From contig JAZRES010000004.1 in assembly GCA_045660965.1 (NCBI GenBank), positions 6,396-70,395 of the forward strand: 64,000 bases of DNA, in the 5' to 3' direction. The translations under genes and the position numbers were made by a program. Below, in pieces: positions 17,258-30,549 of this stretch (positions are counted from its first letter, which is position 1; each line of letters begins with the position of its first letter). The notes below the pieces were generated by a model. That model was not told the DNA's origin, searched no databases, and saw only the letters and a program-made list of their open reading frames with translations. Source of the DNA: Acutalibacteraceae bacterium (lineage in GTDB: Bacteria; Bacillota; Clostridia; Oscillospirales; Acutalibacteraceae).

Positions 17258-17953
17258 TCAGCGGGTCAGACCCTCACGATAGAGGTGGGCATCGCTGGCG
17301 TGCTGCAGAATTTGGGGAATTACCACACCGTCGCCGTGGTGGTAGAACAGGATTTCAGTAGTGCCGGTCAAACCAATGTTAAAGCGGGGATAGAACACGT
17401 TATAGGGGATGTCCATCACACTGCTGAGGAAGGCCAGACCGAAGCCGTAGTGGGCAAACAGCGCCACACGATTGGGGTTTTTATCAATGATGTGATAGCA
17501 GGCATTTTCTCGGTCGTGGCGCAGACCCAATTGCTCCATAAAGGCGTCAACAGCGGCGTCTACACGCTTAACACCACGCTCAAAGTTGGTGTCGGCAAAA
17601 TAGGGGTGGGTGTACCACTCACGACCCAACTTGCGCACCTCGGGAGAGTTGAGTTTTTTCACCATATCCGGCACTTCCAGAATCCACTGATCCTTGCCCT
17701 CGCTGTCCTTGGCCTTGAAATCGTCAAAGGCGTACATTTCGTGTGCCCAATCGCAGATGATGGGCTCTTTCTGTAGCAGATCACAGGTGGGCTGGGCGGT
17801 CTGGATGGCACGGGTGGAAGAAGAGGCGTACACCGCATCCAAGCCGTTAAGCAAAAAGCGTTTAGACAGGGCTTTTGCCTGTTCGTGACCCAGGGGGGTC
17901 AGGCTGTCCGGATCGTAGATGGGCTGACCGTGGCGGACAAAAAATAATCTCAC
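17258..17953 (-). CDS. Histidine phosphatase superfamily protein (phosphoglycerate-mutase-like), paralog A
   Basis: N-terminal catalytic RHG motif (FFVRHGQPIY), LTPLGHEQA, and a second His in LFAHYG. ~40% identical by eye to 33626-34354. Confidence 0.85.
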   Translation of the reverse strand: MRLFFVRHGQPIYDPDSLTPLGHEQAKALSKRFLLNGLDAVYASSSTRAIQTAQPTCDLLQKEPIICDWAHEMYAFDDFKAKDSEGKDQWILEVPDMVKKLNSPEVRKLGREWYTHPYFADTNFERGVKRVDAAVDAFMEQLGLRHDRENACYHIIDKNPNRVALFAHYGFGLAFLSSVMDIPYNVFYPRFNIGLTGTTEILFYHHGDGVVIPQILQHASDAHLYREGLTR

Positions 17954-18254
17954 GTTTCAACACTCCTTTTCGGTGATTTTTTCTGCTTTTTATCCTACCA
18001 TTTTCCGCCTAAAAAATCAACCGTTTTCGGCGGTTTTTTTACAGAGAAAAATCCCGTGATTTCTAGGCATTTTGCACAAAAAATCAGGGCATTTGTCTGT
18101 TTTGACGAAAGTAAAATTTTTATTGTGTAAAATGCTAAAGTCAGAGGGTCGAAAAGCGACACTTTCTCCAAAATGTTTAGCATTTTTATCAAAAAAGCAC
18201 CTCGATAGATGTATATATCGTTAAATTTTTATATGCGATAATAAATAAATACTA

Positions 18255-21166
<2,912 letters not shown>

Positions 21167-21248
21167 GACTCCCACTAATTTCTTTATTATTCTATTAGTA
21201 TATGACCTGCTGCGACAGCAAAATTTCTAAGAAAGAGAGATGTAGACC

Positions 21249-24164
21249 ATGAGACGCTTTGGAACAGCCTTGTGTGTGGTTGCCCTGTTGTGTCAGTCCC
21301 TGCTGGTTTTCCCGGTGGCTGCAGAGCCGGCCGCCGACAGCACGTTGACTACCGGCGCAGCGCAGACCACCGCGACCGTGACGACGGCGGACAACGATTA
21401 CAACGCATACATCGAGAGTATGCCCAATAACCTGGGTACCCAGGCTATTACTCTGGGTGTTGCAGACGCCACCTTGAATGCCGGCGTTAAGAAGAAAAAA
21501 GACGCCGTTTTGATGAGTGACAACGGCGCTGTCACCTGGAAGGCAGAGATTCCTGCCGCCGGTTGGTACACTGTATCCTACACCTACTCCGGTGTAGAGG
21601 GTACTTCCGGTGCCGATATCGAATTGGGCCTGAAAGTGGATGGCAAATACCCTTATGCCGAGGCAGAGCGCTTTGTACTGCCCCGTATCTGGGTTAACGA
21701 CGGTGGTTTCCGTCAGGACTCCAACGGCAACCAGTTTGCCCCGGAGCAGAAAGAGCATTATGAGGCTCGCAAATATCCTATGCGCGACGTTAACGGCTTC
21801 ACCAGTGAGGACCTGCGTGTATACCTGACCGCCGGTACCCACACCCTGAAGGTTGAGACCTTTGGTGAGGACCTGTTGCTGTATGCCCTGCACCTGGACG
21901 TGCCCGTAGTTCTTCCCACCCTGGAGGAGAAGAAGGCCGAGTGGGAGTCTAAGGGCCTGTATTACACCGGCGATGAGATCGTGGTGGAAGTTGAGGGCGT
22001 GGATGTAAACATTGAGAAGAGCGACCGCTCCATCATTGGTCAGTCCGACAACAGCACCCCCGGCGTTCTGCCTCCCAACGGCAAGGCCGACGCTTTCATT
22101 CAGCAGGTGAACTACATCGGCGGTGCCAACTGGTCCCTGCCGGATGAGACCATCACCTGGAAGGTGATTGCTCCCAAGGCTGGCGTATATAAGGTGGGTA
22201 TGCATTTCCGTCAGAACTACCTGATCAACGCTACCTCTTACCGTAGCATTAAGGTTAATGGTCAGCATCAGTATATCGAGCAGACCAGTCTGGCTTTTGA
22301 TTATAAGAACAGCTGGCAGTTCGGTGACAAGTTCGCCAACGGCCAGGAGCTGTTGGTTGAGCTGAACGAGGGCGAGAACATCATCAGCCTGGCCGTTACT
22401 CTGGGCGAGATGAACCAGTTCAGCGCCAAAATGGAGAGCCTGATTCTCCGCTTGGGTCAGATGTATCGTGAGATTATCGCCATCACCGGTGAGACTCCCG
22501 ATGCCGGCCGTGACTACGACCTGTTCACCCGCATTCCCGATCTGGCCGATCGTATGAACGCTTTCTATGCCGAGATCGAGGGCATGATTGCTGAGCGTAC
22601 CGACGAGAATGGCGACATCGACGACATTGCCGCACTTCTGAAGAAGATGAATGTGGTTCTGGATAAGATGGTAACCAAGGGTTACGAGGCTCAGAAGTAT
22701 AAAGGTAACTATTACGATAACTATTCCGGTCTGAGTGCCCAGCTGCAGGATATGAAGAATATGGCTCTGGACATCGACTGTATGGTCTTCGCCGCTCCTG
22801 AAAAAGAGTACGTCCGCAATGGCGGTACCTTCTGGGAGAAGACCTGGTTCGGCATCGAGCGTTTCATCGCTTCCTTCCTGCTGGACTACAACACCGCTGC
22901 CGGTGTTGAGGGCGAGGACATCACCAAGCTGACCCTGTGGGTTAACTGGTCTCGTGACCAAACGCTGGTTCTGAACTCTCTGATTAACGGTCACTTCTCC
23001 AGCGAGAATCCCAACATCAGTGTTACCGTTCGTATGACCAACGCCTCTCTGTTGCAGGGTATTATGTCCGGCAACGGTCCCGACTGTAGCCTGTCCGACG
23101 CCCGTGTAACTCCCGTTAATATGGCTATGCGTGGCGCTCTGGTGGACCTGTCTCAGTTCCCCGACTACGAGGAGGTTTCCAAGTGGTTCGTAAAGGGTGC
23201 CGACGTACCCTATCGCTATGAGGGCGGTGTCTATGGCCTGCCTTCTACCCAGCAGTTCTATATGCTGTTCTACCGTACCGACATCTTCGAGCAGTATGGT
23301 CTGACCGTTCCCAACACCTGGGAAGAGTTCCTGGAGGTTGCCAGTATCCTGATGCTGAACAACATGCAGGTGGGTCTGCCCTACACCGAGCTGAAGGATA
23401 TCGGTTTGACCAACGGTGGTGTGGCTTCTCTGAACATTTTCCCCACTCTGCTGCTGCAGAAGGATCTGTCCCTGTATAACTCCACCAACACCGGTACTTC
23501 TTTCACCGAGGTTGACGTTATGCAGACCTTCGAGGATTGGACCGATTACTATACCAAGTATAACCTGCCTAAGGAATACAACTTCTTCAACCGTTTCCGT
23601 ATCGGTCTGGTGCCCATGGCTATCCAGTCCTACGGTCAGTACTCTGCTCTGTCCGCTGCTGCCCCTGAAATCAAGGGTAAGTGGGATATGGCTGAGATCC
23701 CCGGCACTCTGCGTGAGGATGGCACCATCGATCGCACCCAGGCCGGCTTCGGTAATGCCTGTATGATTCTGGAGCTGTCCGAGCACAAGGAAGAGGCTTG
23801 GGAGCTGCTGAAGTGGTGGATGCGCGAGGATACCCAGTACCGTTACGCTTTGGACATCGAGTCCATTCTGGGCGTTGCCGGTCGTTATACCTCTGCGAAT
23901 ATGGCCGCTACCCTGTCTCTGGACTGGGGTAAGGGTGCCAATAAGACTCTGGAGCGTCAGTGGAACAATGTGGAAGAGGTTGCCGAGATCCCCGGTGGCT
24001 ACTACGTTGCCCGTGCCGTTGACCAGGCTTTCTGGAACGTGCTGTCCATGAACGCCAACCCCAAGGATATGATGAAGAAGTGGGGCGAGGTTGCTGACGT
24101 GGAGATCACCACCAAGATCAATCAGTATAAAAAAGACGATGTAAAGGAGGGGGCTGACGAATGA
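21249..24164 (+). CDS. Giant extracellular ABC solute-binding protein with ~550-aa N-terminal extension containing two CBM6/35-like beta-sandwich regions
   Basis: Signal peptide. The N-terminal part contains AVTWKAEIPAAGWYTVSYTYSG and ETITWKVIAPKAGVYKVGMHFRQ (typical CBM6/35-style strands). The C-terminal ~415 aa (from TLWVNWSRDQ) looks like a family-1 sugar SBP. Confidence 0.75.
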   Translation: MRRFGTALCVVALLCQSLLVFPVAAEPAADSTLTTGAAQTTATVTTADNDYNAYIESMPNNLGTQAITLGVADATLNAGVKKKKDAVLMSDNGAVTWKAEIPAAGWYTVSYTYSGVEGTSGADIELGLKVDGKYPYAEAERFVLPRIWVNDGGFRQDSNGNQFAPEQKEHYEARKYPMRDVNGFTSEDLRVYLTAGTHTLKVETFGEDLLLYALHLDVPVVLPTLEEKKAEWESKGLYYTGDEIVVEVEGVDVNIEKSDRSIIGQSDNSTPGVLPPNGKADAFIQQVNYIGGANWSLPDETITWKVIAPKAGVYKVGMHFRQNYLINATSYRSIKVNGQHQYIEQTSLAFDYKNSWQFGDKFANGQELLVELNEGENIISLAVTLGEMNQFSAKMESLILRLGQMYREIIAITGETPDAGRDYDLFTRIPDLADRMNAFYAEIEGMIAERTDENGDIDDIAALLKKMNVVLDKMVTKGYEAQKYKGNYYDNYSGLSAQLQDMKNMALDIDCMVFAAPEKEYVRNGGTFWEKTWFGIERFIASFLLDYNTAAGVEGEDITKLTLWVNWSRDQTLVLNSLINGHFSSENPNISVTVRMTNASLLQGIMSGNGPDCSLSDARVTPVNMAMRGALVDLSQFPDYEEVSKWFVKGADVPYRYEGGVYGLPSTQQFYMLFYRTDIFEQYGLTVPNTWEEFLEVASILMLNNMQVGLPYTELKDIGLTNGGVASLNIFPTLLLQKDLSLYNSTNTGTSFTEVDVMQTFEDWTDYYTKYNLPKEYNFFNRFRIGLVPMAIQSYGQYSALSAAAPEIKGKWDMAEIPGTLREDGTIDRTQAGFGNACMILELSEHKEEAWELLKWWMREDTQYRYALDIESILGVAGRYTSANMAATLSLDWGKGANKTLERQWNNVEEVAEIPGGYYVARAVDQAFWNVLSMNANPKDMMKKWGEVADVEITTKINQYKKDDVKEGADE

Positions 24165-25090
24165 GCACAAAAGTAGATGCAAAGGGTCGTCTGAAGCAGA
24201 AAAAGGTATCTTTTTCTCAGGACGCATTGCGGACGCCTTATGTGGTGTTGCTGCTGCCCTTCCTGATTCTGTTCCTGGTATTTACTATTATTCCTATTGC
24301 TTACTCTGTGGTTCTGAGCTTCTTCGATTACGACGTAGTTAACACGCCTACCTTTACCGGCTTGGCCAACTACCTGAAGATGTTCGTTAACGACTACGAG
24401 TTCCCCATCGCTGTGGCCAACACACTGAAGTTTGCGTTGGTGACCGGTCCTATCAGCTTTGCCCTGGCTTTCTTGCTGGCATGGATGATCAACGAGTTCG
24501 GTCCCAAGACCCGCAGTGTGCTGTCCTTCCTGTTCTATTCTCCCGCTCTGGTGGGTAACGGTTACTTCATTTGGCAGATTATGTTCTCCGGTGATAGCTA
24601 CGGTTACATCAACAGTCTGTTGCTGTCCATGAACCTGATCACCGAGCCTGTCGTGTGGTTCCGTGATCCTACTTACGCATTCTGGATTGTTATGATCGTC
24701 CAGTTGTGGATGAGTATGGGTATCTCCTTCCTGGCAAACATCGCCGGTCTGAACAACGTGGACGAGGCGATGTACGAGGCGGGTGCCATCGACGGTATCC
24801 GCAACCGTTGGGCCGAGCTGTGGTACATCACCATTCCTTCTATGAAGAGCATTTTGCTGTTCTCGGCGGTTATGCAGGTGCAGTCCACCTTCTCTATCAG
24901 TGCGGTGGCTACCACTCTGACCGGCTTCCCCAGCGTTAACCACTCTACCGAAACGATTTTGACCCACATCACTGACGTTGGTACCATTCGTTTCGACATG
25001 GGTTATGCATCGGCTCTGTCGGTGTTCCTGTTTGCAATGATGATGATCGTCCGTCTAGGTCTGGGACGATTGTTAATAGATAAGGAATAA
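24161..25090 (+). CDS. Carbohydrate ABC transporter permease (MalF/LplB-like), pair 1
   Basis: 6 TM. EAA-type loop EAMYEAGAIDGIRNRWAELWYITIP. The ATGA start overlaps the SBP stop. Confidence 0.9.
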   Translation: MSTKVDAKGRLKQKKVSFSQDALRTPYVVLLLPFLILFLVFTIIPIAYSVVLSFFDYDVVNTPTFTGLANYLKMFVNDYEFPIAVANTLKFALVTGPISFALAFLLAWMINEFGPKTRSVLSFLFYSPALVGNGYFIWQIMFSGDSYGYINSLLLSMNLITEPVVWFRDPTYAFWIVMIVQLWMSMGISFLANIAGLNNVDEAMYEAGAIDGIRNRWAELWYITIPSMKSILLFSAVMQVQSTFSISAVATTLTGFPSVNHSTETILTHITDVGTIRFDMGYASALSVFLFAMMMIVRLGLGRLLIDKE

Positions 25091-25105
25091 GGAGGGGAGA
25101 GCGTA

Positions 25106-25999
25106 ATGGAAAAACAGAAAAAATTGCGAATGAAAGTCGCTAAGAAAAAGAGTTACAAACGCTTTACCCGTTCTCGTGCAGCCAACGTCTTGTTTGTGTC
25201 TTTCCTGTTGTTGGCCGGCTTGTTCATGGTCTTGCCTCTGATTTACTCGGTGATGACCTCTTTCAAGCCTCTGGACGAGTTGATGGCCTTCCCGCCTAAG
25301 TTCTACGTGACTCGACCCACCCTGCAGAACTACTTGGTTCTGCCCAGTCTGCTGGATAACCTGCAGGTTCCCTTCTCTCGCTACGCTTTTAACAGCTTGT
25401 TTATCAGTGTGGCCATCACGGTGGGCCATATCATTATCGCCGGTATGGCATCCTTCTCTCTGTCTTTCTGCAAGAGCAAGTTCATCTCCGTGGTGTTCTG
25501 GTCTGTTCAGGTGGCTTTGTTGTTCAACGGCTATACCCTGGGTATTCCCCAGTATCTGATTTTCTCCAAGTTGGGCATTATCGATACATATTGGGTATAT
25601 ATCCTGCCGGCTCTGCAATCCACCACCGGTGTCTTCCTGATGAAGCAGTATATGGACGTCAGTATTCCTAAGGCTCTGATGGAAGCGGCGCTGTTGGATG
25701 GCGCCGGATACTACCGTATTTTCTGGCGTTTGGTGATGCCCCTGGTAAAACCGGCGTGGCTGACCCTGGCCCTGTTCGCATTCCGTGACGCTTGGGCAAT
25801 CCAGCCCAGCGGCACCATCTTCAGCGAAAGTCTGAAGACTTTGCCCGTTGCTATGAACCAGATTGCTGCCAGCGGTATCGCCCGTTCCGGTAGCGTGATG
25901 GCGGCTACGGTGCTGCTGATGATACCTCCGATTGCCGTTTATCTGGTTTCCCAGTCCAACGTTATGGAGACCATGAGCTCGGCCGGTATGAAGGATTAA
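25106..25999 (+). CDS. Carbohydrate ABC transporter permease (MalG/LplC-like), pair 1
   Basis: 6 TM. EAA loop EAALLDGAGYYRIFWRLVMPLVKP. Confidence 0.9.
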   Translation: MEKQKKLRMKVAKKKSYKRFTRSRAANVLFVSFLLLAGLFMVLPLIYSVMTSFKPLDELMAFPPKFYVTRPTLQNYLVLPSLLDNLQVPFSRYAFNSLFISVAITVGHIIIAGMASFSLSFCKSKFISVVFWSVQVALLFNGYTLGIPQYLIFSKLGIIDTYWVYILPALQSTTGVFLMKQYMDVSIPKALMEAALLDGAGYYRIFWRLVMPLVKPAWLTLALFAFRDAWAIQPSGTIFSESLKTLPVAMNQIAASGIARSGSVMAATVLLMIPPIAVYLVSQSNVMETMSSAGMKD

Positions 26000-26040
26000 A
26001 ATATGAGTAGTATGATACGAATTGAAAGGGGGATTGCAGG

Positions 26041-28248
26041 ATGATACTGAAAAACATCAAAAAGCCTGCCAAGATGGCATGGCGCATCCTTGCCTTGACC
26101 ATGGCACTGCTGATGCTGTGCGGTATGGTTGCTTCGGCAGCGGATGTTGAGGATGTTCCGTATTATTCCTATACGTATTGGGAAGGTCCCAGCCGTTTTG
26201 AGGCTGTTCCCATGCGTCCTATGTATGAGGCAGAAGCCCAGATTACCGGTGACTCTCTGGGCATCGAAGCTATGAATGATCCGACCCACGTGTGTTTGTC
26301 TAAGGATGGTAAGACTCTGTTCATTTTGGATGGTGGCAATAGCCGCATCCTGGCTGTGAACACCGACGACTTCACCCTGAACACCAACTACGGTAAGGGC
26401 GGTATCATTGGTCAGATCGAGTCCGCCGACGGCGCTCTGGATTACACCAAGGCTACCGGCGTGTACGTGTCTGACGACAACAAGATTTACATTGCTGACA
26501 CCGAAAACTACCGTTTGCTGATTACCGATGCATCCGGTAAGTTGATCCACACCCTCACCAAGCCCACCGACATCGGTGTGCCGGAGGATCTGGAGTTTAT
26601 GCCTTCCCGTATTATGATGGATAGCAAGGGCTATCTGTACGTGGTGGCTAAGGCATGCTACTATGGTATGCTGGTGTACGATAAGGATTACAATTTCATG
26701 GGCTTCCACGGCTCTTATAAGGTTGAGCAGAACGTGATGGACACGGTTAAAGAGTGGGTCACCAGTCTGTTTATGACCAACGAGAAGAACGCCGTATCCC
26801 AGAAGAAACTGCCTGCCGAAATCGTGGATATCGCCATCGATTCTGACGGTATGCTGTACACCCTGTCTTCTGCCAACTATGGCCAGATCAAGCGTCTGGG
26901 CCTGAGTGGTAGCCAGACCCTGAACTATAAGTTCGGTTTCTCCAACAGCAGCGGTGACCTGACCAACTTCGGTGAGACTCCCGCCGCTTATTGGCACAAG
27001 CACTATCAGTACATTCAGAGCTTGCAGGGCATTGCTCTGGATCCTGAAGGCTTTATCTATTCCATTGATAAGGTACGTGGTCGTGTCTTTATGTACGACG
27101 AAGAGTGCCGTGTTATCAGCGTGTTCGGTACCGGTTTCGGCGGTGGTGACCAGGTTGGTACCTTTACCACTCCCGAGGCTGTTGCTACCAGCAGCGACTC
27201 TCTGTACGTGCTGGACTTCGCCGCTAAGAACGTGACCGTATTCAAACTGACTGAGTATGGTAAGCTGTTCAAAGAGGCCGATATCCTCACCATGGCCGGC
27301 GAATACAGCCAGGCCCAGCCCATTTGGGAACAGGTTCTGAAGCTGGATGAGAACAATCAGCGTGCCTACGAGGGTATTGCTAAGTCCCTGTTGGCTCAGG
27401 CCAACGCCGCTAAGTCTGCCGGCGATATGGATACCGCTCTGGAGCTGTACAGAGACACCATGGAGTACGCCGAGCAGGGTAATGACCAGCAGACCTACTC
27501 TCAGGCTTATGAGGTTATCCAGAAGGATTGGATCAGCGTCAACTTCTGGTGGATCTTCTTGCTGTGCTTGGCAGCTGTTGGCGGTATCGCCGCTCTGCTG
27601 GTGCTGTCCAAGAAGCGCAAGATCTTTGAGATCAAGAACGAGAAGCTGAGAACGGCTCTGTCCGTGCCGCTGCATCCCTTCCAGGCATTCCAGTCCCTGC
27701 GTTATCAAAAGACCGGTTCTATCCGTCTGGCCATCCTGTTTATCGTGCTGTTCTATCTGAGCAGCGTATCCGAGGACCTGTACGGCGGCTTTATGTACGT
27801 GCTGACCGACACCTCTACTTACAATGCGCTGTTCACCCTGATCGGCACAGTGGGTGTGCTGCTCCTGTGGGTTATCGTTAACTGGGGCATCTGCATCCTG
27901 AATGAAGGTAAGGGTTCTCTGAAGGACATCTTCTGTATGTCTGCATACAGTATGGCTCCCATGATCATTTACTCGGTCATCTTCACGGCGGCATCTCACT
28001 TGATTCCCGCTACCGACACCTCCACCTTCACCATCATTAGCGCCATTATGGCTATCTACACCGTGCTGTTGCTGCTCATTGGTATGACGGTTGTACACGA
28101 GTACACCTTCTTCAAGGCCATGGGTATGGCAGTGCTGTGCGTGGCTTGTATGTTGTTGGCCGCTTTTGTTATCTTCTCGGTGGTTCTGTTGAGCCAGCAG
28201 TTCATTTTCTTCATCGTCGGCGTTGTCGACGAGTTGATGTTACGCTAA
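26041..28248 (+). CDS. Membrane protein: signal/anchor + six NHL-like beta-propeller repeats + TPR segment + C-terminal Yip1-like multi-TM domain
   Basis: Six units of the type LFILDGGNSRILAV / IYIADTENYRLLITD / LYVVAKACYYGMLVYD / LYTLSSANYGQIKRL / IYSIDKVRGRVFMYD / LYVLDFAAKNVTVFK. These are followed by a helical TPR-like stretch (AGEYSQAQPIWEQVLKLDENNQRAYEGIA...) and then ~6 TM helices. Confidence 0.65.
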   Translation: MILKNIKKPAKMAWRILALTMALLMLCGMVASAADVEDVPYYSYTYWEGPSRFEAVPMRPMYEAEAQITGDSLGIEAMNDPTHVCLSKDGKTLFILDGGNSRILAVNTDDFTLNTNYGKGGIIGQIESADGALDYTKATGVYVSDDNKIYIADTENYRLLITDASGKLIHTLTKPTDIGVPEDLEFMPSRIMMDSKGYLYVVAKACYYGMLVYDKDYNFMGFHGSYKVEQNVMDTVKEWVTSLFMTNEKNAVSQKKLPAEIVDIAIDSDGMLYTLSSANYGQIKRLGLSGSQTLNYKFGFSNSSGDLTNFGETPAAYWHKHYQYIQSLQGIALDPEGFIYSIDKVRGRVFMYDEECRVISVFGTGFGGGDQVGTFTTPEAVATSSDSLYVLDFAAKNVTVFKLTEYGKLFKEADILTMAGEYSQAQPIWEQVLKLDENNQRAYEGIAKSLLAQANAAKSAGDMDTALELYRDTMEYAEQGNDQQTYSQAYEVIQKDWISVNFWWIFLLCLAAVGGIAALLVLSKKRKIFEIKNEKLRTALSVPLHPFQAFQSLRYQKTGSIRLAILFIVLFYLSSVSEDLYGGFMYVLTDTSTYNALFTLIGTVGVLLLWVIVNWGICILNEGKGSLKDIFCMSAYSMAPMIIYSVIFTAASHLIPATDTSTFTIISAIMAIYTVLLLLIGMTVVHEYTFFKAMGMAVLCVACMLLAAFVIFSVVLLSQQFIFFIVGVVDELMLR

Positions 28249-28269
28249 TCGGCAAAGAAAGGAGAGCGA

Positions 28270-30528
28270 ATGTTTATGTTTAAACGTAGAACAGTTTGTC
28301 TGTGCTTAGCGCTGTTGCTCTTATTGCCGATGGTGTTAACCGGATGCAGTAATGCAGTAGCCAAAGTCACTTTGGACTATACCGGCGAGTTTGACCCCGC
28401 TGTGCGCTATTATGGCCCCAACGGCGACGGTGTCATCGCTGAAAACAACAATTTCCGGCTGTTGTGGGACGACGGTGCCCAGTGCGCTCTGTTGTTTGAT
28501 AAGGTAAACAACAAGTGGTACGGCACCACTCCCTACGACTATTATGCGGCTATGCCGGATAACTATTATGCAGATTCTCAGATGTACGCTCCCATTTCGG
28601 TCAGCTATGTTAAGACCGATGAGGATACCAACGTCAAGAACGTTGCCTATGTGAGCGGCTATGAGGATGCTATCACCGATGGCTCTGTTGTCAGCGAGGC
28701 CATCGAAAACGGTGTCCGCATCACCTATTATTTCACTGACGTTGAGATTGCGGTTTCTCTGGAGTTGACTCTGACCGAGTCCGGTATCCGTGCCAACATC
28801 CCCATGGACCGCATTCAGGAGAACAAGAATAAGGTGTTTGAGATTTCCGTGCTGCCCTATGCTGCAGCCGCTACCCTCGATACCGATTCTTATCTGATGG
28901 TTCCCTCCGGCGGTGGCGCCTTGATCAACGCCAAGACCTTGGCCGAAGCCAAGTCCTACAAAGAGGCTGTGTACGGCAGAGACCTGTCCGAGCCGGTCAC
29001 CATGCTGAAAGAGGACTACGACCAGGCTTATCTGCCGGTGTTTGGCGCTAAGGACCGTGACAACGGTATGCTGGGTATCATCACCCAGGGTGCTTCCTGC
29101 GCTTACATCAACGCTACCACCGGTGATTACGAGATCGGTTATGCTGCCGCTTACGCTTCCTTCCGCATCCGTGGTGAGGAAGAGATTCTGTACGATAACG
29201 CACAGAGCCAGCAGGAGAACGTATCCACCACTTACAGCGACCAGATTGTAAATTACAAGGAGCTGTCTGTGGAGTATATGCCTCTGACCGGCGACGTTAC
29301 CTACGTAGGTATGGCTAACCGCTATCGTCAGCATCTCCAGGCTAACGGTTATCTGCAGGAGCGTCCCGAGAACGTTCCCGCTCTGTCCGTCAACTTCCTG
29401 GGTGCTACCCAGACTAAGAAGTCTTTCTTCGGTATCCCTTATGAGAACGATACCGCTACCACCACCCTGAAGCAGACCAAGGCCATCACCGAGGAGCTGA
29501 AGGCACTGGTAGGGGAGGACACTCTGCTGATTAACCTGCTGGGTTATGGTCAGGGCGGTCTGGCCAACACCACTGTGGGCGGCGGCTTTAAGCTGTCCGG
29601 CAAGGTTGGCAGCAAGAAAGATTGGAATGCTCTGCGTGAGTATACCGCTGCCAATAACGTGGTTATGGCTCTGGACTTCGAACTGGCTAAGTTCCAGAAG
29701 GGTGGCAACGGCTTTACCGTGAACAATGCCGCTTCTCTCAGCTTGTCCAAGCTGGACGCTAAGCTGAAGAACTACGTACTGAACACCGCTGTTGAAGAAG
29801 AGGACGGCAACGTTTGGTACCTGCTGGCTCGTGGCCGTCTGGCCGAGGCCGTCAGCAAGGCTATTGCTTCTGCTAAAAAGCAGAATGCCACCGCCATCTC
29901 TCTGGGTTCTCTGAGCAATATTTCCTATTCCGATTATCGCAAGAAGGCTACCTATGCTTCTATGTCGGATATGGATACCGACGTGGCTAACGCTCTGATC
30001 CAGTGCGATCAGAACGGTCTGACCGTAGTGGCTAACAAGGCTAACGATTATGCAGCCCTGAATGCCGACTACATCACCGAGATTCCCATGTCTTCTTCCA
30101 AGCAGGCTATCCTGAGCAAGGAGATTCCCTTCTATGCGCTGGTGTTCCAGGGCTATAAGAGTATGACCTCTATCGCCATCAACACCGCCGCTAACACCCG
30201 CAACGCCTATCTGCAGGCTGTGGCCACCGGTCTGACCCTGCAGTTTACCCTGTGCGATACCACCCACGATTCTGTGCAGTTTGAACAGGATACCGCTTAC
30301 ATCACCAGCCGTTATTCCGCTTGGAAAAACGATATCGCTACTATGGTGAATGAGAGCGCTGACCTGCACAAGAAGGTGGGTAACCAGGCCATCGTTCAGT
30401 ACACGGAGGAGAATGGCGTTTCCACCACCGTGTTTGAGAATGGCGTGACCGTTTACGTTAACTACACCAACAAAGCCGTGCGTTGCCCCTTGGGCGAGAT
30501 TCCCGCACAGAGCTTTGTATACGGCTGA
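28270..30528 (+). CDS. Large lipoprotein of unknown function (DUF5696-like from memory, unverified)
   Basis: Lipobox VLTGCSN. 752 aa with no motif I can assign. It sits between the two permease pairs. Confidence 0.6.
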   Translation: MFMFKRRTVCLCLALLLLLPMVLTGCSNAVAKVTLDYTGEFDPAVRYYGPNGDGVIAENNNFRLLWDDGAQCALLFDKVNNKWYGTTPYDYYAAMPDNYYADSQMYAPISVSYVKTDEDTNVKNVAYVSGYEDAITDGSVVSEAIENGVRITYYFTDVEIAVSLELTLTESGIRANIPMDRIQENKNKVFEISVLPYAAAATLDTDSYLMVPSGGGALINAKTLAEAKSYKEAVYGRDLSEPVTMLKEDYDQAYLPVFGAKDRDNGMLGIITQGASCAYINATTGDYEIGYAAAYASFRIRGEEEILYDNAQSQQENVSTTYSDQIVNYKELSVEYMPLTGDVTYVGMANRYRQHLQANGYLQERPENVPALSVNFLGATQTKKSFFGIPYENDTATTTLKQTKAITEELKALVGEDTLLINLLGYGQGGLANTTVGGGFKLSGKVGSKKDWNALREYTAANNVVMALDFELAKFQKGGNGFTVNNAASLSLSKLDAKLKNYVLNTAVEEEDGNVWYLLARGRLAEAVSKAIASAKKQNATAISLGSLSNISYSDYRKKATYASMSDMDTDVANALIQCDQNGLTVVANKANDYAALNADYITEIPMSSSKQAILSKEIPFYALVFQGYKSMTSIAINTAANTRNAYLQAVATGLTLQFTLCDTTHDSVQFEQDTAYITSRYSAWKNDIATMVNESADLHKKVGNQAIVQYTEENGVSTTVFENGVTVYVNYTNKAVRCPLGEIPAQSFVYG

Positions 30529-30549
30529 TGAAAGGAGGATGATTACACC

